In this document: positions 59,677 to 64,000 of the stretch, piece after piece
Position numbering within the stretch: the first letter of the stretch is position 1
Layout: the number at the start of each line of letters is the position of its first letter
Assembly: GCA_965249725.1 (NCBI GenBank)
Contig: CBDFMQ010000002.1
Coordinates: 2,176,001 to 2,240,000 of the forward strand
Direction of reading: 5' to 3'
Origin: Longimicrobiales bacterium
GTDB taxonomy: Bacteria > Gemmatimonadota > Gemmatimonadetes > Longimicrobiales > Gaopeijiaceae
DNA: 64,000 nucleotides
Position numbers and translations under genes: made by a program
Notes under the pieces: model-generated
The model's input: the letters and a program-made list of their open reading frames with translations, nothing else
Told to the model about the DNA's origin: nothing
The model's database searches: none

Positions 59677-61250
59677 GACTCGGCTAACGACACAAGCTCT
59701 CGCCGCAGTACTTTGCCCGTCGCGTTGCGCGGGATCTGATCGAGGATTGTGATGCGGCGTGGGACGGCGCAGGCAGGGAGTCGGTCGAGGCAGCGCCTGT
59801 GCAGGGTCGTGACGTCGACGTCGCTGGGCGATTCCGCGACGACGAAGACATTGACGACCTGCCCTTTTCGAGGATCCGGCACTCCGACGGCGGCGGCCTC
59901 GCTCACGGAGGGGTCGGACAGCAGCACTTCCTCAATCTGAAACGGGTAGAACTTCTCTCCGGCGATGTTGATCTGGTCATCGACGCGGTCGAGCAGGTAG
60001 AGGTAGCCGGGCTCGTCCATGTAGCCGATGTCCCCCGTGCGCAGCCAGCTCCCATAGAAGCGCTGCGCGTCGATCTCCGGCGCCTCGAAGTAGCTTGAGA
60101 TCACGTTGGGCCCCCGCGCACAGACCTCGCCCCTTTCGCCCGTCGGCACGTCGTGTCCGTCGGCATCAGCGATCCGGATACTGACCCCGGGATGCACCCG
60201 GCCTACCGATGCCTCGCGATCCGCAATATCGGTCTCCCCCTGGCACGTCAGCGCAGAACTGGTCTCGGTCATCCCGTAGCAATTATAGCGGGCAGCGTCC
60301 GGGAAGTGTTCACCTAGTGAACGGATCACCGACGGCGGAGTCGGTGCCGCACCGTAGATGATCGTGTCGAGGCTCGACAAGTCGTATCGGTTGGCCCAAT
60401 GCTCTGATGCGAGCTGCCGCATGAAGGCCGGGGTGCCCATGAGCGCCGTCGCCCGGTGGCGCTCGATCGCTTCGGTGACCGCATGGATCGAGAGACGAGT
60501 TTGTACAACGGTCGCGCCGAGCCGGCGGTGGGCACCGAGAACCAACGGGTTGTACACCACGTGGAAGAACGGCGCGGCCATCAGGCTGATCGTCTGCTCG
60601 TCGAACGACCAGCGTTCCGCCCATGCGTCGACCCCGAACATGACCTGCGCCTGGCTCAGGAGTACGCCCTTCGGAATACCCGTCGTACCCGACGTGAAAA
60701 ACAGAAGCGCCGGATCAGCGGCGGAGCTTTCATCCGTCGCGGCGAGCGGCGGTACCTGATGGAGTGCGGCCACACGCAGGTCCACCGACTGTACGGCTCG
60801 ACGCGACCCGAGGGCGCTGCCGTTCTCGTTCACTACGACGAGCGTCACCGCTTGCTCTGCGGGCTGGTCGAGGTCGGGGAGTGCCGCGATCAGCGACTCG
60901 GTTCCGATCAAGCAGACCGCGGCAGATTTCTGCAGTATGTAGCTTACGAGATGACCGCCGATGTGTGCGTTGATCGGTACGATCACTGCCCCGAGAAGCG
61001 CCAGTGCATAATGGGCCGTCACGAAGGTTTCCCCATTCGGGAGCAGCAGCGCGACCCGGTCGCCCCGGCCCACACCGCCGTCGGCGAGATACGAGGCCAT
61101 GCGACGGGATCGGTCGGCAATCTCTCGGAAGCTCAGGACCTGGTCGTCGACGTAGAGGCCCGGACGATCTCCGGCCTCGCGTTCGGCTTCCAGAAGTATC
61201 GATGCGATCGTGCCGTCCGGTCGGCTCCCGGTGCGCTGCATGATGGACAC
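59673..61250 (-). CDS. Class I adenylate-forming enzyme (acyl-CoA ligase)
   Basis: FTSGTTGIPKG, YGMTE, RTGD, RNATGK; ATGA overlap with the SDR. Confidence 0.92.
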   Translation of the reverse strand: MSIMQRTGSRPDGTIASILLEAEREAGDRPGLYVDDQVLSFREIADRSRRMASYLADGGVGRGDRVALLLPNGETFVTAHYALALLGAVIVPINAHIGGHLVSYILQKSAAVCLIGTESLIAALPDLDQPAEQAVTLVVVNENGSALGSRRAVQSVDLRVAALHQVPPLAATDESSAADPALLFFTSGTTGIPKGVLLSQAQVMFGVDAWAERWSFDEQTISLMAAPFFHVVYNPLVLGAHRRLGATVVQTRLSIHAVTEAIERHRATALMGTPAFMRQLASEHWANRYDLSSLDTIIYGAAPTPPSVIRSLGEHFPDAARYNCYGMTETSSALTCQGETDIADREASVGRVHPGVSIRIADADGHDVPTGERGEVCARGPNVISSYFEAPEIDAQRFYGSWLRTGDIGYMDEPGYLYLLDRVDDQINIAGEKFYPFQIEEVLLSDPSVSEAAAVGVPDPRKGQVVNVFVVAESPSDVDVTTLHRRCLDRLPACAVPRRITILDQIPRNATGKVLRRELVSLAES

Positions 61251-61333
61251 CTACCCGCTAGCCGTTGAAATCGGTGAACCGCGTGCTCGGGACACGGGAG
61301 GGCGCGCTTCCATGCGTCGACCGCACTCGGGTG

Positions 61334-61813
61334 TCAGCTAGTCCTGAGGGGGATCTGGACAACCTTGGGCGGATAACATACGGATGTGCGGTCGTTGCAG
61401 ATCTGATACCGGAGACTTGCTGATGTCTCCGACGTGCCCACCGGAGCGGGCACCAAACGAAATCGGAATTCGGTGCGACCCCGCAGGACCTGTGCCCGGA
61501 AGTCCTCGTCCCGCACGCCAGCCGGTCTGGACAGTTCTTCAATTCTGACCCCCGCCTCTTCGAGCGCAGGGAACGAAAAGGTGAACGGAATCAAGAACCC
61601 ATCGTCCCCCTTGTCGAGGTAGCCGTGATGATTCGGCGGGACCTCAACCCGGATGCTGAACGTGACCCCATCGGTGTCTGTCGAGAAGCTGCCGGGCACG
61701 ACCCCGGCAACGATGACGGGGACCTGGCCCCTGGCCCGCGACTGCGCGGCGACCGACCAAGGTACACCTACCAACAGCATGGATAGCTGAAGAATCGCTA
61801 ATCGTGCCGTCAT
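61334..61813 (-). CDS. Exported DsbD N-terminal-like (Ig-fold thiol) protein
   Basis: RBS GGGAGG; signal peptide; VPPNHHGY and YQICNDRTSVCYPP, like the DsbD-alpha YQxC...CYPP motif. Confidence 0.75.
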   Translation of the reverse strand: MTARLAILQLSMLLVGVPWSVAAQSRARGQVPVIVAGVVPGSFSTDTDGVTFSIRVEVPPNHHGYLDKGDDGFLIPFTFSFPALEEAGVRIEELSRPAGVRDEDFRAQVLRGRTEFRFRLVPAPVGTSETSASLRYQICNDRTSVCYPPKVVQIPLRTS

Positions 61814-61847
61814 GCCACGCACCTCCCTACCGATTGCGATGTCTCCG

Positions 61848-64000
61848 TCACCGGCTCCCCGCGATTCGATCCAAAAGGCCACGAATCTCGGAGATCGACG
61901 GGGGACCCCAACGGGCGAGTAGCACCTCGCCGTTCGCGTCCGTGACGATAGCGGCCGGCACTCCGTCCAGCCGGAGCTCGTCGAGCGCCGCATTCTTGAC
62001 GGCATTGATTTGGGTTGAACTGAGGTCCCGCAGGATCTCGTATGGCGGGTTGTTCATCTCCGCCCAGGCCTGGAAAGCGTCGGAAGTCTCCTCTTCGTCA
62101 TACGGAATGCCGTAGATCGCGAGGTCCTCGCTGCCGAACGTGGTCCGCAGCAGGTTGAGACTCGGGAGTTCCTCGAGACACGGGACGCACCACGTGGCCA
62201 TGGTCGTGTAGAGGATCAGTTGTCCAGGCGTTCCCCGGCGCGCATCCAGGATCCTTCCTGCGGGCGGGCGGACGTCCCGGGCCGAGCGGCGCCGGGGCAT
62301 CTGAGTTGAGGGATGATAGGGAGTCAGCACGAACGGTGCACCGGTGGGGGAGAGGGCCGGGTCCTCGTACGCGGTGACAAGGGTTCCGACGGGAACGGCG
62401 GTCGTGTCCCACGTCTCCCCGGAGGGCCATCGGACTCCAGGTGGTCCGCACGGTCTGACTCACCGATCCCTATGCGCATCGTGGGGGAGTTCTGGGCCGC
62501 AAGGCCTTCGCCGGCCCGGTGCTCCCGAAGCAGGGTGCGGCCGCCCAACTCGACGAGAACGCGGGCTCCGTATCCATCGCGAGCACTCCACTGGTCGTTG
62601 GAGCTGGCGACGCGATTGCCACCTTCGAAGCGCAAGGCCACGATTCCGGCACGATCACCTTCACCGTCTCCGATCTGGTTCCGGTAGAGCTGGAGTAGGG
62701 GGGCGTTGGCGTTCACTACCGCCAGGTCCTGCCAACCGTCGCGGTCGAAGTCGAGGACCGCGAACGCTCGGCCGTCCGCCGGATGATCCAGGCCGGAAAC
62801 CCCGGACACGTCGACGTAATCCTCGCCCCCTTGATTCAGAAATACGTGATTGCGTTCGTGTCCGCTGAAGGAGGCACCGCTGGCAAGTCGGTCGATCCCC
62901 CGCGCACCCACAAGGAACAGTTGCGGTGATTCCTCACCGTCCGTGCGTGCAACTGCACGCCAGAAATCTGTTCATATGTCAATCGGAAGCTCAACGGCCG
63001 ACGGGGCGGTGTAATAGCCGCTGAGCGCGTACAGGTCCAGATCAGTGTCATTGTCCAGATCGACGAACTGGCTTCCCCACCCCCATCCGGCCGCCTCGAC
63101 CAGCAGTCCAGGTCGCTCGAGGCTGGAGACCCGTTCGAACCTGCCGGGTGTGTTCCGGAACAGGGTGTTTCCGCGAGCCATGGAGGCCAACCTGGGATCC
63201 AGTTCGCCTAGTTGTTCCGTTATGCGAAGTCCTGCCTTGCTGTACATGTTCGTGACATAGAGGTCCTGGCGCCCGTCCCCGTCGAAATCTCCCCAGGATG
63301 CTCCCATGCCGAACCCGATATCGGAGGTTCCGGTAGCCTCGGTTATGTCGGTAAAGCGACCATGGCTCTCGTTGCGAAACAAGTTGTTAGGCGCCCAGTC
63401 ATTGACGACGTACACGTCCATATCGCCGTCGTCGTCGTAGTCGGCCCAGGTTGCCTGGTAGGAATTCTTGAACAGCCGTAACTCACCGACTTCTGCCGGT
63501 GCGAATCGGCCGCCGCCTAGATTCCTCAGCACGACGTTCGGTGGGCCAAAACGGTTCAGGACGACGTGGTGCTCTGAAGTTTCACGCAAGCGGATCAACT
63601 CTTCCGCATCACCAGACGGGAGATAGGAGGCCCATTTCCGGCTGGGCTCGTCAGTCGTGAGGCCCGCCGCATAGGTGGACACGTACAGGTCCAAGAGCCC
63701 GTCGTTATCATAATCCACGGCGGAAACTGCTGATGCAAATGCTGGCAGTGGTCCGTCGACCAGCTCATCGGACCGGTCGACGAACCGGCCCCGCTCGTTC
63801 ACCAGGTAGACGCTGGGGCGTAAGGTTCGTCCCAGGAACGCATCGACATCACCGTCATTGTCGAAATCGGCAAAAAGCGCTGAGGACGTGTGATCGGCGA
63901 TATCGAGGCCAACGGTCTCCGAGATCTCCTCGAATGTTCCATCTCCGTTGTTCTGGAAGAAGAGGTTGCGGCCCCAACGAGCCATGACGTAGATATCGTC
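61848..64000 (-). CDS. CRTAC1-like FG-GAP / ASPIC-UnbV / TlpA-thioredoxin multidomain protein with in-frame TGA (putative Sec) and one frameshift; 5' end outside the window
   Basis: DFDNDGDVD-type repeats; PIDI-TGA(62972-62974)-TDFWRAV...SFSGHERNHVFLN in frame; ASPIC-type DGYGARV...GEGLAAQ. One missing G near 62435 restores LEVRWPSG and joins the WCVPC thioredoxin domain. Confidence 0.8.
62945..62960 (-). promoter_or_regulatory. Putative SECIS hairpin (FG-GAP gene)
   Basis: Minus strand GCGTGC-AGTT-GCACGC, 11 nt after the in-frame TGA. Confidence 0.5.

Noticed and set aside
1..64000. Genome-wide UGA reassignment (Trp/Gly) as the explanation for in-frame TGAs
   Set aside because: Many genes end in TGA with ATGA/GTGA overlaps, and two of the three read-through sites align with catalytic Cys positions.
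1..64000. tRNA (including tRNA-Sec), rRNA, riboswitches, integrase or phage genes
   Set aside because: None was recognised by eye; tRNAscan-SE and Infernal would be needed to exclude them.

Overview
High-GC bacterial DNA. The gene content (PadR/duplicated-orphan-permease pair, many exported peptidases, NHL and FG-GAP proteins) suggests Gemmatimonadota or a similar lineage; this is inference. From left to right: (1) exported amino-acid/peptide catabolism genes, ending at a 165-bp CTAG-bounded palindromic element; (2) a bacteriocin/RiPP-like cluster with two unannotated ~60-aa precursors (Gly-Met at the usual double-Gly position, Cys23/Cys53 in both), an ABC exporter, a C39-peptidase ABC transporter and a membrane protein; (3) a contiguous ~20-kb pfaD-pfaA-pfaBC-oleABCD-PPTase operon for polyunsaturated fatty acid and long-chain olefin synthesis; (4) transport, peptidase and regulator genes; (5) three genes that the ORF track splits at in-frame TGA codons, each followed by a SECIS-like hairpin: a peroxiredoxin-like UxxC lipoprotein, an ArsM-like methyltransferase and an FG-GAP/ASPIC-UnbV/TlpA multidomain protein; (6) a decayed mosaic at ~55.2-58.9 kb with an IS256-like end scar and an IS91/ISCR remnant with oriIS. 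Several single-base frameshifts in short G/C runs may be sequencing errors. No rRNA, tRNA or CRISPR array was recognised. Family calls come from motifs read by eye; no database searches were run.
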